DNA of 33,238 nt from an uncultured Ruminococcus sp. (GCA_949290175.1 CASERA010000186.1:1-33238); one strand, 5' to 3'; positions 17,330 to 27,269 are shown, counted from the first letter of the stretch. Translations and numbers: made by a program. Notes: generated by a model not told the origin, from the letters alone.

Positions 17330-18235
17330 TTAATACTGGTTATCTTTTTGGTACAACTTTATGAGGGCTGAAATACATAACTGTACAGCAGGTGATGGGT
17401 TATGAGAATGAAGCAGACCGAAAGGTATAGCATGATTCCATTCCATAGGTATAATTTTCAGAAGTGGATGCACATTTTTCCAGCTTGCAACAGCCATGAG
17501 AACATTATTTCCATTTTCACACTGATTAAAGACTTCCGTATTGAAAAAATCAAAATCTACAATGTGAATCTGTGGATGATTATGATGGAGATCATCTCGC
17601 AGAATGTCCACCTGTTTCATCTGTCCACGCTGGAGCAGCATTAGGTTTTCGCCATATAAATCTTCGACTTTTAATCTTTCCCTGGAAGCCAACGGGTGCT
17701 GTAAGGATACGGCGCAGCAGATTGGTTCCTTAAACAGCTCCAGTCCATCGCATTGGCGAAACTCCAAAAGTGTTTCATCAAAAATACCGGCAACCATATC
17801 GATGTTTTGACCTAAATTTTTAAGAATTTCCCTGGCATTCTCTGGAGTATTTTCAAATGGAACCAGCCTGAATTTGATATTTGGGCACAGTTCATGGACT
17901 TTCGGCCATAGATCCACGAGGATCTGTGACGGAGTCATGGGAGATGTTCCAATACGGATAACGGTATCTTCCTTTTTCATGGCATTTTGGGCACGGATAA
18001 CAGAGTCCTTTGCATATTGCACCATGTATTTAGCATCATGGTAAATAGATTTTCCGGCTTCCGTAAGAATCAGTCCGCGGTGTGTGCGCACAAATAGTTT
18101 CAGATTCAGTTTTTCTTCCAGTAGGTTAATCTGCTTGATAACTGCGGTTGGAGAAATGTATAAGGTATTTGCTGCTTTTGTAAAACTGCCGGCATCAACA
18201 ACGGCAATAAAGGTATCAAGTTGTGGATTATACAA
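17330..18235 (-). CDS. LysR-family transcriptional regulator
   Basis: GSFTKAANTLYISPTAVIKQINLLE..L...LF.R...G..LTEAG HTH. TTG start at 18235 after AGGTGA is preferred; GTG 18244 is an alternative. Confidence 0.92.
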   Translation of the reverse strand: MYNPQLDTFIAVVDAGSFTKAANTLYISPTAVIKQINLLEEKLNLKLFVRTHRGLILTEAGKSIYHDAKYMVQYAKDSVIRAQNAMKKEDTVIRIGTSPMTPSQILVDLWPKVHELCPNIKFRLVPFENTPENAREILKNLGQNIDMVAGIFDETLLEFRQCDGLELFKEPICCAVSLQHPLASRERLKVEDLYGENLMLLQRGQMKQVDILRDDLHHNHPQIHIVDFDFFNTEVFNQCENGNNVLMAVASWKNVHPLLKIIPMEWNHAIPFGLLHSHNPSPAVQLCISALIKLYQKDNQY

Positions 18236-18329
18236 AGGAATCACCTTCTTTCACTTGAACTGGTTTGTACAGAAGAAACAGCCCGTTTCATTCCTCATTC
18301 ACTTGGCAGGAATCAGTATTTTTCAATAC

Positions 18330-19193
18330 TTATTTGGTAAGAACTTCAATTCCGTCTTCTTTCACAAGTACCATATATTCAATTTGTGCAGAAAGACCGT
18401 CATCGATGGTGTATACAGTCCAGTCGTTATCTTCATCTACGAAGAAATCAGGACTTCCTTCATTAATCATAGGTTCAATGGTAAACATCATGCCCGGAAC
18501 CAGCAGCATTTCACTGCCTTTAGGTGTTACATAGCTTACAAATGGGTCTTCATGGAACTCAAGTCCGATTCCGTGTCCCCCGATATCTTCTACAACAGAA
18601 TATCCGTTAGCTCGTGCATGAGTATTGATAGCATCGGCGATATCACCCAGATGTCCCCAGGGTTTTGCAGCAGCAAGTCCCAGTTCTACACATTCTTCTG
18701 TTACACGAACAAGACGTTCTGCACGTTCAGACACCTTTCCTATCTTAAACATACGGGAGGCATCAGAGAAATATCCGTCTAAAATAGTAGAAACATCAAC
18801 ATTGATGATATCCCCCTCTTGAAGGATGATATTTTCATCTGGAATTCCGTGGCAGATCTCATTGTTTAGAGATGTACATACGCTCTTGGGAAATCCCTGA
18901 TAATTTAGAGGTGCCGGGATACCTCCGTGTTTTGTTGTAAAGTCGTATACGATACGGTCAATATCGGCGGTACTCATTCCGGCACAGATTTTGGATGCAA
19001 CTTCATCGAGAACTGCAGTATTTAATGCAGCACTCGCTTTAATCTTTTCAATTTGAAATGGTGTTTTTAATAGATCTTTTGTAGGAACAATTTCACCGTT
19101 CTCTTCATGCAGTTTGATTTTCTCTTCAATGGGCATGTGGCATTTTTTATATTTCTTGCCACTGCCGCACCAGCAAGGGTCATTTCTTTCCAT
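18330..19193 (-). CDS. map: Type I methionine aminopeptidase with N-terminal SEC-C metal-binding motif
   Basis: RNDPCWCGSGKKYKKCH; CHGIPD, NVDVS, GYFSDASR, GHGIG..FHEDP and FTIEPM. Confidence 0.92.
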   Translation of the reverse strand: MERNDPCWCGSGKKYKKCHMPIEEKIKLHEENGEIVPTKDLLKTPFQIEKIKASAALNTAVLDEVASKICAGMSTADIDRIVYDFTTKHGGIPAPLNYQGFPKSVCTSLNNEICHGIPDENIILQEGDIINVDVSTILDGYFSDASRMFKIGKVSERAERLVRVTEECVELGLAAAKPWGHLGDIADAINTHARANGYSVVEDIGGHGIGLEFHEDPFVSYVTPKGSEMLLVPGMMFTIEPMINEGSPDFFVDEDNDWTVYTIDDGLSAQIEYMVLVKEDGIEVLTK

Positions 19194-19207
19194 TATTTTT
19201 ATCTCCT

Positions 19208-20446
19208 TTAAAATTCGTGGATAAATAATCCACTTCTGAGTTTTGGTTCAAACCAGGTAGACTTCGGAGGCATCAGTTTTCCGGCATCTGCGACCGCCAG
19301 CAGTTCCTGCATGGATGTCGGATACATTGCAAAACCAACTCCGTTTTCCGTTCGGTCTACGGTCTCTCTAAGGGCATCCAGTCCGCGGATGCCACCGATG
19401 AATGAAATGCGGGAGTCTGTTTTAGGATCCCGGATTCCAAGCAGCGGTTCCAGTATTGTATTCTGCAGGATAGAAACATCCAGACCATCCACCGGATCTT
19501 CTGATATTACGCAGGGTTTTACTTTCAGAAAATACCAAAGGTGATTCATGTACATCCCAATTTCTCCTTTGCAGGAAAGCTGAGGTGTTTGAGTTCCCAT
19601 CTCTGTTATCTCAAATCCACTATTTATCATACCAAGAAATTCATCAAATGTACAGCCGTTTAAATCAGCAACCACGCGGTTATAGTCATAAATGTGAAGT
19701 TCTTCTGCCGGAAATAAAACAGATAAAAAATAGTTGAATTCTTCTTCATTAGTAAATGCAGGATGCTCTGTTCTGCGCTTTAAACCGACTTTAACCGCAG
19801 AGGCAGCACGATGATGTCCATCTGCAATATACAGCTCTCCAATACCGGAAAAAATATGAGAAATTTTATCAATTGTTTTTTCTTCGGAAATTTTCCATAC
19901 CTGATGTCGTACACCGTCCTCTTTCGTGAAATCATAAAGAGGAACACCGGACTGAATATCAGAAATAATATTCAGAATTTCCGGTTGAGAACGGTATGCA
20001 AGAAAAATCGGACCTGTCTGTGCACTGAGTGTATCGATGTGGCGAATACGGTCCTGCTCTTTCGCTTCCAGTGTGTTCTCATGTTTTTTGATAATATTGT
20101 TCAGATAATCATCGATAGAAGCACATCCTACCAGTCCGGTCTGGGTACGCCCGTTCATTGTCTGGGCATACAAATAGTAACAGGCGGAGTCATCTTGAAT
20201 GAAAGAACCGTTCTGGCGCATTTCTTCAAAAAGTTCTTTGGCTTTTTCATATACCTGAGGTGCATACATGTCGGTATCCTCGGGAAACTGTGTCTCAGGA
20301 CGGTCAATATTCAGGAAGGACATAGAGTTATCTTTTACAGCTTCTTTTGCTTCCCGGCGGCTGTATACATCATAAGGAAGTGCTGCAATAGACGCAGCAA
20401 GTTCTGATGCCGGGCGTATTCCACGAAATGGACGAATAGTTGCCAT
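19208..20446 (-). CDS. DUF1015 family protein
   Basis: IRPFRGIRP, PYDV, KKHENT, YIADGHHR and MPPKSTWFEPKLRSGL are characteristic motifs. Confidence 0.88.
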   Translation of the reverse strand: MATIRPFRGIRPASELAASIAALPYDVYSRREAKEAVKDNSMSFLNIDRPETQFPEDTDMYAPQVYEKAKELFEEMRQNGSFIQDDSACYYLYAQTMNGRTQTGLVGCASIDDYLNNIIKKHENTLEAKEQDRIRHIDTLSAQTGPIFLAYRSQPEILNIISDIQSGVPLYDFTKEDGVRHQVWKISEEKTIDKISHIFSGIGELYIADGHHRAASAVKVGLKRRTEHPAFTNEEEFNYFLSVLFPAEELHIYDYNRVVADLNGCTFDEFLGMINSGFEITEMGTQTPQLSCKGEIGMYMNHLWYFLKVKPCVISEDPVDGLDVSILQNTILEPLLGIRDPKTDSRISFIGGIRGLDALRETVDRTENGVGFAMYPTSMQELLAVADAGKLMPPKSTWFEPKLRSGLFIHEF

Positions 20447-20573
20447 GGTATAGTCTCCTTTTCTGATAATGGGTCTATTTTAGCACAGAGAGAACATTCA
20501 TTCTAGGATTTTTTTCACGTTTATGATAAGATAAAAAAACAAACGCAGATTTCAGAAATAGGAGGTTATGTAA

Positions 20574-21650
20574 ATGTTGCGAATCGGAATGTTAACAAGC
20601 GGCGGAGACTGCCAGGCGTTGAATGCAGCAATGCGCGGAGTTGTAAAAGGAGTTTGTACGAAACGCAGTGATGTAGAGATTTATGGCTTTGAAGATGGTT
20701 ATAAAGGGCTGATTTACGGAAACTTCCGTATGTTGACTGCAAAAGATTTTTCGGGAATACTGACAAGGGGAGGGACTATTTTAGGAACATCCCGGCAGCC
20801 GTTTAAACAGATGCGCATACCAGATAAAGACGGATTAGATAAGGTAGCCGCAATGAAGCATACCTATCATAAACTGAGTCTGGATTGTCTGGTAATTCTG
20901 GGTGGAAATGGCACACATAAGACAGCGAACCTTTTAAGAGAAGAAGGACTGAATGTAGTAACACTGCCCAAGACAATCGACAATGATTTGTGGGGAACCG
21001 ATATGACATTTGGTTTTCAGAGTGCGGTAGACATTGCAACCGATACAATTGACAGAATTCATACCACAGCGACATCACATAGCCGTGTATTTATTATCGA
21101 AGTGATGGGTCATAAAGTGGGTCATGTGACACTGCATGCAGGGATTGCAGGCGGTGCGGATGTGATTCTTTTGCCGGAAATCCCATATGATATCAATGTC
21201 ATTACGGATGTGATACAGAAACGTGCGGTGGAGGGAAAACCTTTTACAATTATTGCAGTTGCAGAGGGGGCGATTTCCAAAGAAGATGCGAAGCTGAAGA
21301 AAAAGGCATATAAAGAAAAACTTGCGAAGCGTAAATATCCGTCTATTGCATATGAACTGGCAGAGCAGATTCGGAAGAAGACAGAGAAAGAAGTACGCAT
21401 TACAGTTCCGGGACATACACAAAGAGGGGGCTCTCCTTGTGCATATGACCGTGTGATTGCTACAAGAGTGGGTGCGGCAGCAGCAGAACTTATTCTGAAT
21501 CAGGAATATGGATATATGATTGGGCTAAAAAATGACCAGACAATGAAAATACCGCTTCAGGAAGTTGCAGGAAAGCTCAAGATGGTTGATCCGGAAGCAG
21601 GAATTATCAAAGAAGCAAGGATGATTGGCATTAGTTTTGGAGATAAATAA
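20574..21650 (+). CDS. pfkA: 6-phosphofructokinase (group III/mixed type, probably ATP-dependent)
   Basis: TSGGDC, GGTILGTSR, GGNGT, PKTIDND, EVMG and GHTQRGG. Confidence 0.92.
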   Translation: MLRIGMLTSGGDCQALNAAMRGVVKGVCTKRSDVEIYGFEDGYKGLIYGNFRMLTAKDFSGILTRGGTILGTSRQPFKQMRIPDKDGLDKVAAMKHTYHKLSLDCLVILGGNGTHKTANLLREEGLNVVTLPKTIDNDLWGTDMTFGFQSAVDIATDTIDRIHTTATSHSRVFIIEVMGHKVGHVTLHAGIAGGADVILLPEIPYDINVITDVIQKRAVEGKPFTIIAVAEGAISKEDAKLKKKAYKEKLAKRKYPSIAYELAEQIRKKTEKEVRITVPGHTQRGGSPCAYDRVIATRVGAAAAELILNQEYGYMIGLKNDQTMKIPLQEVAGKLKMVDPEAGIIKEARMIGISFGDK

Positions 21651-21684
21651 AGAAAGAGAAATGAAGAAAACAGAGGTGTGATTC

Positions 21685-23256
21685 ATGTCGTATACGGCAC
21701 TTTATCGAAAATTCCGCCCGGCTGAGTTCGAGGACGTAAAAGGGCAGGAACATATTATTACTACATTAAAAAATCAGATTCAGGCGAACCGTATCGGACA
21801 TGCCTATTTGTTCTGCGGAACAAGAGGAACCGGGAAAACAACGGTAGCGAAAATTTTTGCGAAAGCAGTAAATTGCGAAAACCCGGTGTACGGTAGTCCT
21901 TGTGGAGAATGTGCGATGTGCAGGTCAATTGCAGCAGGAACTTCGATGAATGTGATTGAAATCGACGCAGCTTCCAACAATGGTGTGGACAACATCAGGG
22001 AAATCAGGGAAGAAGTTGCGTACCGTCCGACTGAAGGAAAATATAAGGTTTATATTATTGATGAGGTGCATATGTTGTCTATAGGTGCATTTAATGCTCT
22101 TTTGAAAACATTGGAGGAACCGCCGGAGTATGTGATTTTTATTCTGGCAACAACAGAGGTTCATAAGATTCCGATTACCATTTTGTCCAGATGTCAGCAT
22201 TATGATTTTAAAAGAATCAGTATTGAGACGATTACAGACAGAATGAAGGAACTGATGCAGGAAGAAAAAGTGGAAGTTGAGGAAAAGGCACTCCGCTATA
22301 TTGCAAAGGCAGCAGATGGATCTATGCGTGATGCATTGAGTCTTTTGGATCAGTGTATTGCATTTTATCTGGGACAGACATTGACTTATGACCATGTGTT
22401 GGAGGTGCTGGGAGCGGTAGATACCGATGTGTTCAGCAAATTGCTGAGAAATATTATCAGCAGAGATGTACCCAAAGTACTGGATACAGTGGAAGACCTG
22501 GTTATGCAGGGGAGAGAACTGACCCAGCTGTCTGCTGATTTCACATGGTATTTGAGGAACCTGCTCCTCGTTAAGACATCGGATCATATAGAAGATGTTC
22601 TTGATGTATCTACGGAAAATATGATACAGCTTCAGGAAGAAGCGCAGATGCTGGAGACAGATATGCTGCTCCGGTACATCCGTATTTTTTCGGAACTTTC
22701 CGGACAGCTGAAATATGCGGTACAAAAAAGGGTTCTTCTGGAAGTGGCATTGATTAAACTTTGTACCCCGGCGATGGAAACCAGTTCGGACACGCTCTTG
22801 GACCGGATTCGTGCTTTGGAAGAAAAGGTAGAGCAGGGAACAGCCGGCGGTGTTCAGGAAAGAATCGTTTATGTAAAGGAAGAAGGGCAGATGTCCGGGG
22901 CAGAGAGTCAGTCAAAACCGGAACTTCCCAATGCCGTACCGGAAGATGTGCAGGAAGTTGTAAAGAATTTCCGCCCGATTGCAAATGAGGCATCCGGAAT
23001 GCTTCGCACTTATCTGAAAAGGGCACGTTTAAGTCTTGCAGGAGACAATCGTCTGATGATTGTTATGCCGGATGCGATAGGTGCTGATGTTGTTGGAAGA
23101 GAAGACAGCAGAAGAGAGCTGGAATCTCTGATCGAGAACCGGATTGGAAAGAAAGTGGAAATAGAAGTCCGTCATGTTGAAGAAGGACGAAGATTCGAAG
23201 ATAGTTTCGTGGATATTGAGAAAAAGATTAATATGGAAATTATTGTAGAGGATTAG
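21685..23256 (+). CDS. dnaX: DNA polymerase III subunit gamma/tau
   Basis: ALYRKFRP, GTRGTGKTT, Zn cysteines, EIDAASN, IIDEVHML, SRC and GSMRDALSLLDQ. Confidence 0.96.
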   Translation: MSYTALYRKFRPAEFEDVKGQEHIITTLKNQIQANRIGHAYLFCGTRGTGKTTVAKIFAKAVNCENPVYGSPCGECAMCRSIAAGTSMNVIEIDAASNNGVDNIREIREEVAYRPTEGKYKVYIIDEVHMLSIGAFNALLKTLEEPPEYVIFILATTEVHKIPITILSRCQHYDFKRISIETITDRMKELMQEEKVEVEEKALRYIAKAADGSMRDALSLLDQCIAFYLGQTLTYDHVLEVLGAVDTDVFSKLLRNIISRDVPKVLDTVEDLVMQGRELTQLSADFTWYLRNLLLVKTSDHIEDVLDVSTENMIQLQEEAQMLETDMLLRYIRIFSELSGQLKYAVQKRVLLEVALIKLCTPAMETSSDTLLDRIRALEEKVEQGTAGGVQERIVYVKEEGQMSGAESQSKPELPNAVPEDVQEVVKNFRPIANEASGMLRTYLKRARLSLAGDNRLMIVMPDAIGADVVGREDSRRELESLIENRIGKKVEIEVRHVEEGRRFEDSFVDIEKKINMEIIVED

Positions 23257-23301
23257 ATGCTTTTATTAATACTAATTATCTTATAAGCGGTACTAAAAAT
23301 A

Positions 23302-23330
23302 TACACAGACGGCATAAAGTATGATAATAT
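23302..23330 (+). promoter_or_regulatory. Possible SigA promoter for ybaB-recR
   Basis: TACACA-N17-TAATAT with TG extension. Confidence 0.45.
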
Positions 23331-23409
23331 AAGGAATGAATGGTTTAAAAACACCCAAAAATTGTTAGTAAATCAGCAATATTTATATGAACGTAGTGGA
23401 GGACAAATC

Positions 23410-23772
23410 ATGGCAAAACGAGGTGGATTTCCGGGCGGAGGAATGCCGGGAAATATGGCAAATCTGATGAAACAGGCACAGAAAATGCAGCGTCAGATGG
23501 AAGAACAGGCTAAGGAACTGGAATCAAAAGAATTCACGGCAGCAGCAGGCGGCGGTGCAGTGGAAGTGACAGTTTCCGGGAAAAGAGAAGTTCTGAAAGT
23601 AAATCTGGATGAAGAAGTTGTAGATCCGGATGATATCGAAATGCTGGAAGATTTAATTGTTGCAGCAACCAATGAGGCGCTTCGCAAGGTAGATGAAGAG
23701 TCCAGCTCTGCGATGTCCAAACTGACAGGCGGACTTGGAGGTCTCGGCGGAGGAATGCCGGGGCTGTTCTAA
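23410..23772 (+). CDS. ybaB: YbaB/EbfC nucleoid-associated protein
   Basis: [17 protein letters not shown] and [13 protein letters not shown]; lies between dnaX and recR; ATG 23410 follows GGAGG. Confidence 0.93.
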   Translation: MAKRGGFPGGGMPGNMANLMKQAQKMQRQMEEQAKELESKEFTAAAGGGAVEVTVSGKREVLKVNLDEEVVDPDDIEMLEDLIVAATNEALRKVDEESSSAMSKLTGGLGGLGGGMPGLF

Positions 23773-23790
23773 GAACAGGAGTAGAACAAG

Positions 23791-24387
23791 ATGGATTATT
23801 ACAGCAATCAAATCAGCCGTCTGATAGAAGAATTTTCCCGTCTTCCGGGGATTGGTGCTAAATCAGCACAAAGACTGGCATTTCATATTATTAATATGCC
23901 GAAGAATCAGGTGGAAGAACTTGCAAAATCCATTGTGGATGCAAGAAATAATGTACGGTATTGTACGCAGTGCTGTACGCTGACGGATAGGGAAATATGT
24001 CCTATCTGCAGCAATCCGGATCGGAATCAGAAAACCATTATGGTTGTAGAAACGCCGAGAGATTTGGCAGCGTATGAGAAAACGGGAAAATATGAAGGTG
24101 TGTATCACGTACTTCATGGAGCTATTTCCCCGATGTTAGGAATTGGACCGGGGGATATCAAGCTGAAAGAGCTGATGGAGCGTCTTCAGAAGGATGTGGA
24201 TGAAGTAATTATTGCTACTAATTCCAGTCTGGAGGGAGAGACAACAGCAATGTATATCAGTAAACTGATAAAACCTACAGGTATCAAGGTCAGCAGGATT
24301 GCCAGTGGGGTTCCGGTAGGCGGCGATTTGGAATATATTGATGAAGTGACGCTTTTGCGGGCACTGGAGGGAAGAACGGAGCTTTAA
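23791..24387 (+). CDS. recR: Recombination protein RecR
   Basis: [14 protein letters not shown] HhH, C4 zinc finger, YHVLHG, EGETTA and [12 protein letters not shown]. Confidence 0.96.
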   Translation: MDYYSNQISRLIEEFSRLPGIGAKSAQRLAFHIINMPKNQVEELAKSIVDARNNVRYCTQCCTLTDREICPICSNPDRNQKTIMVVETPRDLAAYEKTGKYEGVYHVLHGAISPMLGIGPGDIKLKELMERLQKDVDEVIIATNSSLEGETTAMYISKLIKPTGIKVSRIASGVPVGGDLEYIDEVTLLRALEGRTEL

Positions 24388-24427
24388 TAAAGCGACGAGG
24401 TAGGTACGGTTGAGGAAGTGTGAGATA

Positions 24428-25540
24428 ATGAATAAGAAAAAAGTAACATCTTCCGATGTGGCGAAACTGGCCGGAGTTTCCCAGACGACAGTTTCAATGA
24501 TTCTGAATAAGAAATATAATGTTTCTTTTTCAAAAGAGGTCATTCAAAAAGTAGAAAAGGCGGCAGAAGAGTTGGGGTATGTTCTTCCAAAGCGGAGAAC
24601 GCACAAAGAGGCAAAACGGGAAAAGCTGCTGGTTGTTTTTTGCCCGAACCTTACCAACCCATATTATGTCATGCTTCTTCAGGGGATAGAGTCCCGGGCA
24701 ACAGAACAGGGATACGCGCTGTTTGTCTGCAATACACAGCGGGACTTAAAACTGGAAGAGCGATATTTAAAAATGCTGCCGTCACTGAATCCTCAAGGGG
24801 TCATTTATACCTGTAATCCAAGCAGCTGCTATATGCCCATGGTAGAAGAACTGTCCAAAAAGATTCCGATTGCAGTCATTAATAATCAGAATGAGCGGCT
24901 GGAAGTGGATGCAGTAGAGTTGGATAATTCCAAGCTGGGCAGGATTATGGCACGGCATTTGCTGGAACTGGGACATACTCATGTGGCATATATTGCCCCG
25001 CCTCTGACAGTCAGACAGAAGCAGCGTTCCAAGCGGGTAGAAGGATTTCTGAAGGAATTTAAAGAAGCTGGTTTGGGAGAGAATGTCATTATCAAGGCGG
25101 CAGATGAACAGATTGATAAAGATGTACCCGGGATTGATTCAGAATACCGGATAGGATATGACCTGACAAAAGAACTGCTTTCAGAACATCAGGACCTGAC
25201 AGCGATTGTCGGGCTGAATGATATGATTGCCTTTGGAATTATGGATGCGCTGTATGAGACGAAATATAAGGTTCCTGGAGATATGTCGGTAATGGGATGT
25301 GACAACACGCTGCTGGCACAGATGCATTATGTTTCACTTACTACAGTAGAGCATTTTGTGATTTATAAAGGCAGGGACGCCTGTGATATTATTATGAAAA
25401 AAATTAAGGCGAGGAGCCACAGATACGCAGGAATTGAACCTGTTAGTATTTATCATGTGGAATATGAGCCGAAAATCGTAATGCGTGGAACAACAGGGTA
25501 TCCCAATATGAAAAAAAGAAAAATTAATACAAAAGAATAA
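24428..25540 (+). CDS. LacI-family transcriptional regulator
   Basis: TSSDVAKLAGVSQTTVSMILN HTH, NPYY, NDMIAFG, VPGDMSVMGCD and LTTV. The start could alternatively be TTG 24410. Confidence 0.92.
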   Translation: MNKKKVTSSDVAKLAGVSQTTVSMILNKKYNVSFSKEVIQKVEKAAEELGYVLPKRRTHKEAKREKLLVVFCPNLTNPYYVMLLQGIESRATEQGYALFVCNTQRDLKLEERYLKMLPSLNPQGVIYTCNPSSCYMPMVEELSKKIPIAVINNQNERLEVDAVELDNSKLGRIMARHLLELGHTHVAYIAPPLTVRQKQRSKRVEGFLKEFKEAGLGENVIIKAADEQIDKDVPGIDSEYRIGYDLTKELLSEHQDLTAIVGLNDMIAFGIMDALYETKYKVPGDMSVMGCDNTLLAQMHYVSLTTVEHFVIYKGRDACDIIMKKIKARSHRYAGIEPVSIYHVEYEPKIVMRGTTGYPNMKKRKINTKE

Positions 25541-25683
25541 ATTATTAATAATAAATTAGTTGTTTTGATAAATACAGGAATTAAATGCACAGAATATCAA
25601 GTTTAAAACGTTTTAAATAGATTTCAGAGTAACAATTTAATTAATAATATGTTATTATTAGTAAGAATAAATTATTAATAATA
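25533..25683. repeat. 21-bp direct repeat with palindromic core (candidate operators)
   Basis: AAGAATAAATTATTAATAATA at 25533-25553 and 25663-25683; the core ATTATTAATAAT is a perfect palindrome; partial third copy near 25640. Confidence 0.75.
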
Positions 25684-25693
25684 TGTGGCTCTA

Positions 25694-25722
25694 TTGACCC
25701 GTTTCTTTTGAATCGATATAAT
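25694..25722 (+). promoter_or_regulatory. SigA promoter for tal-tkt operon
   Basis: TTGACC-N17-TATAAT. Confidence 0.8.
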
Positions 25723-25763
25723 TGAATTATAAATGTATCGAAAAATTCAAGGAGGAACAGACA

Positions 25764-26417
25764 ATGAGGTTTTTTGTTGACACAGCGAATGTAGAGGATA
25801 TTAAAAAGGCAAATGACATGGGAGTAATCTGCGGGGTTACAACAAATCCATCTCTGATTGCAAAAGAGGGACGTGTATTTGAAGAGGTAATCGCAGAAAT
25901 TGCATCCATCGTGGACGGACCAATCAGTGGGGAAGTAAAGGCTACTACAGTTGATGCAGAAGGTATGATTAAAGAGGGACGTGAAATTGCAAAGATTCAC
26001 CCGAATATGGTTGTAAAGATTCCAATGACGGTTGAAGGATTAAAAGCTTGTAAAGTACTTTCAGCTGAGGGAATTAAGACAAATGTAACTTTAATCTTTT
26101 CAGCAAACCAGGCACTTCTTGCAGCAAGAGCAGGGGCAACATATGTATCTCCGTTCCTCGGACGTCTGGACGATATTTCTGTGAGAGGAACAGATTTGAT
26201 TGCAGAAATTGCACAGATTTTTGAAGTTGCAGGAATTGAAACAGAGATTATCGCAGCAAGCGTAAGAAATCCAATCCACATCACAGATTGTGCTCTTGCA
26301 GGAGCTGATATTGCCACAGTACCTTATAAGGTAATTGAACAGATGACACATCATCCGTTGACAGATGCCGGAATTGAAAAATTCCAGGCAGATTACAAAG
26401 CTGTTTTCGGAGAATAA
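25764..26417 (+). CDS. tal: Small (FSA/TalC-family) transaldolase
   Basis: [14 protein letters not shown] and Schiff-base VVKIP. SGEV (Glu) and SPFLGR (Phe) indicate transaldolase rather than FSA (Gln/Tyr). ATG 25764 follows AAGGAGG. Confidence 0.9.
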   Translation: MRFFVDTANVEDIKKANDMGVICGVTTNPSLIAKEGRVFEEVIAEIASIVDGPISGEVKATTVDAEGMIKEGREIAKIHPNMVVKIPMTVEGLKACKVLSAEGIKTNVTLIFSANQALLAARAGATYVSPFLGRLDDISVRGTDLIAEIAQIFEVAGIETEIIAASVRNPIHITDCALAGADIATVPYKVIEQMTHHPLTDAGIEKFQADYKAVFGE

Positions 26418-26432
26418 AAGCAGGAGGAAAGC

Positions 26433-27269
26433 ATGAATAAATTAGAATTGATGAAGACTGCAAATGAAATCCGCAAAGGGATTGTAACGGCAGTACACAG
26501 TGCAAAAGCCGGACATCCGGGCGGTTCTTTATCAGCAGCTGACATTTTTACGTATCTTTACTTTGAAGAGATGAATATTGATCCAACAGAACCTAAGAAA
26601 GCAGACCGTGACAGATTTGTTTTGTCAAAGGGACATACTGCACCGGGACTTTATTCCACACTGGCACAGCGAGGATATTTTTCGAAGGAAGATTTAAAGA
26701 CACTGCGCCATACAGGTTCTTATCTTCAGGGACATCCGGATATGAAACATATTCCGGGAGTTGATATGTCTTCCGGTTCTCTGGGACAGGGTATTTCTGC
26801 AGCAGTTGGAATGGCAGTTGCGGGTAAGCTGGACCAGGCGGATTACAGAGTATATACATTACTTGGTGATGGAGAAATTCAGGAAGGCCAGGTATGGGAA
26901 GCGGCGATGCTGGCAGCTCATCAAAAACTGGATAATCTGGTTGTAATCGTAGATAACAATAATCTTCAGATTGATGGTGCCATAGATGAAGTTAACTCAC
27001 CATATCCGATTGACAAAAAATTTGAAGCATTTAATTTCCATGTTATCAATATTGATGGAAATGACTTTGATCAGATTGATGCAGCATTCAAAGAGGCAAA
27101 AACAGTAAAAGGACGTCCGACAGCAATCATTGCAAAAACTGTAAAAGGTAAAGGAGTATCCTTTATGGAGAACGCAGTTGGCTGGCACGGAAAAGCTCCA
27201 AATGACGAAGAATACGCAGTTGCTATGGCAGATTTAGAGAAAGTAGGTGAAGCATTATGTCAGAAGTAA
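26433..27269 (+). CDS. tkt: Transketolase, N-terminal subunit
   Basis: GHPGGSLS, DRFVLSKGH, LQGHP, GSLGQG and TPP motif GDGE...N. Confidence 0.94.
   Translation: MNKLELMKTANEIRKGIVTAVHSAKAGHPGGSLSAADIFTYLYFEEMNIDPTEPKKADRDRFVLSKGHTAPGLYSTLAQRGYFSKEDLKTLRHTGSYLQGHPDMKHIPGVDMSSGSLGQGISAAVGMAVAGKLDQADYRVYTLLGDGEIQEGQVWEAAMLAAHQKLDNLVVIVDNNNLQIDGAIDEVNSPYPIDKKFEAFNFHVINIDGNDFDQIDAAFKEAKTVKGRPTAIIAKTVKGKGVSFMENAVGWHGKAPNDEEYAVAMADLEKVGEALCQK

Noticed and set aside
21651-21684. SRP RNA (ffs/scr) gene, often upstream of dnaX in Firmicutes
   Set aside because: The gap is only 34 nt and has no SRP motif.
22724-22730. AAAAAAG in dnaX as an E. coli-like -1 frameshift site
   Set aside because: The reading frame is CAA AAA AGG, not A AAA AAG, and no clear stimulatory hairpin follows.
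25533-25683. 21-bp repeat as CRISPR repeats or att sites
   Set aside because: The 109-bp AT-rich interval is too long for a spacer and holds no element; an operator is a better explanation.
25764-26417. Fructose-6-phosphate aldolase (fsa) call
   Set aside because: The diagnostic residues are Glu/Phe (transaldolase), and the gene is in an operon with transketolase.
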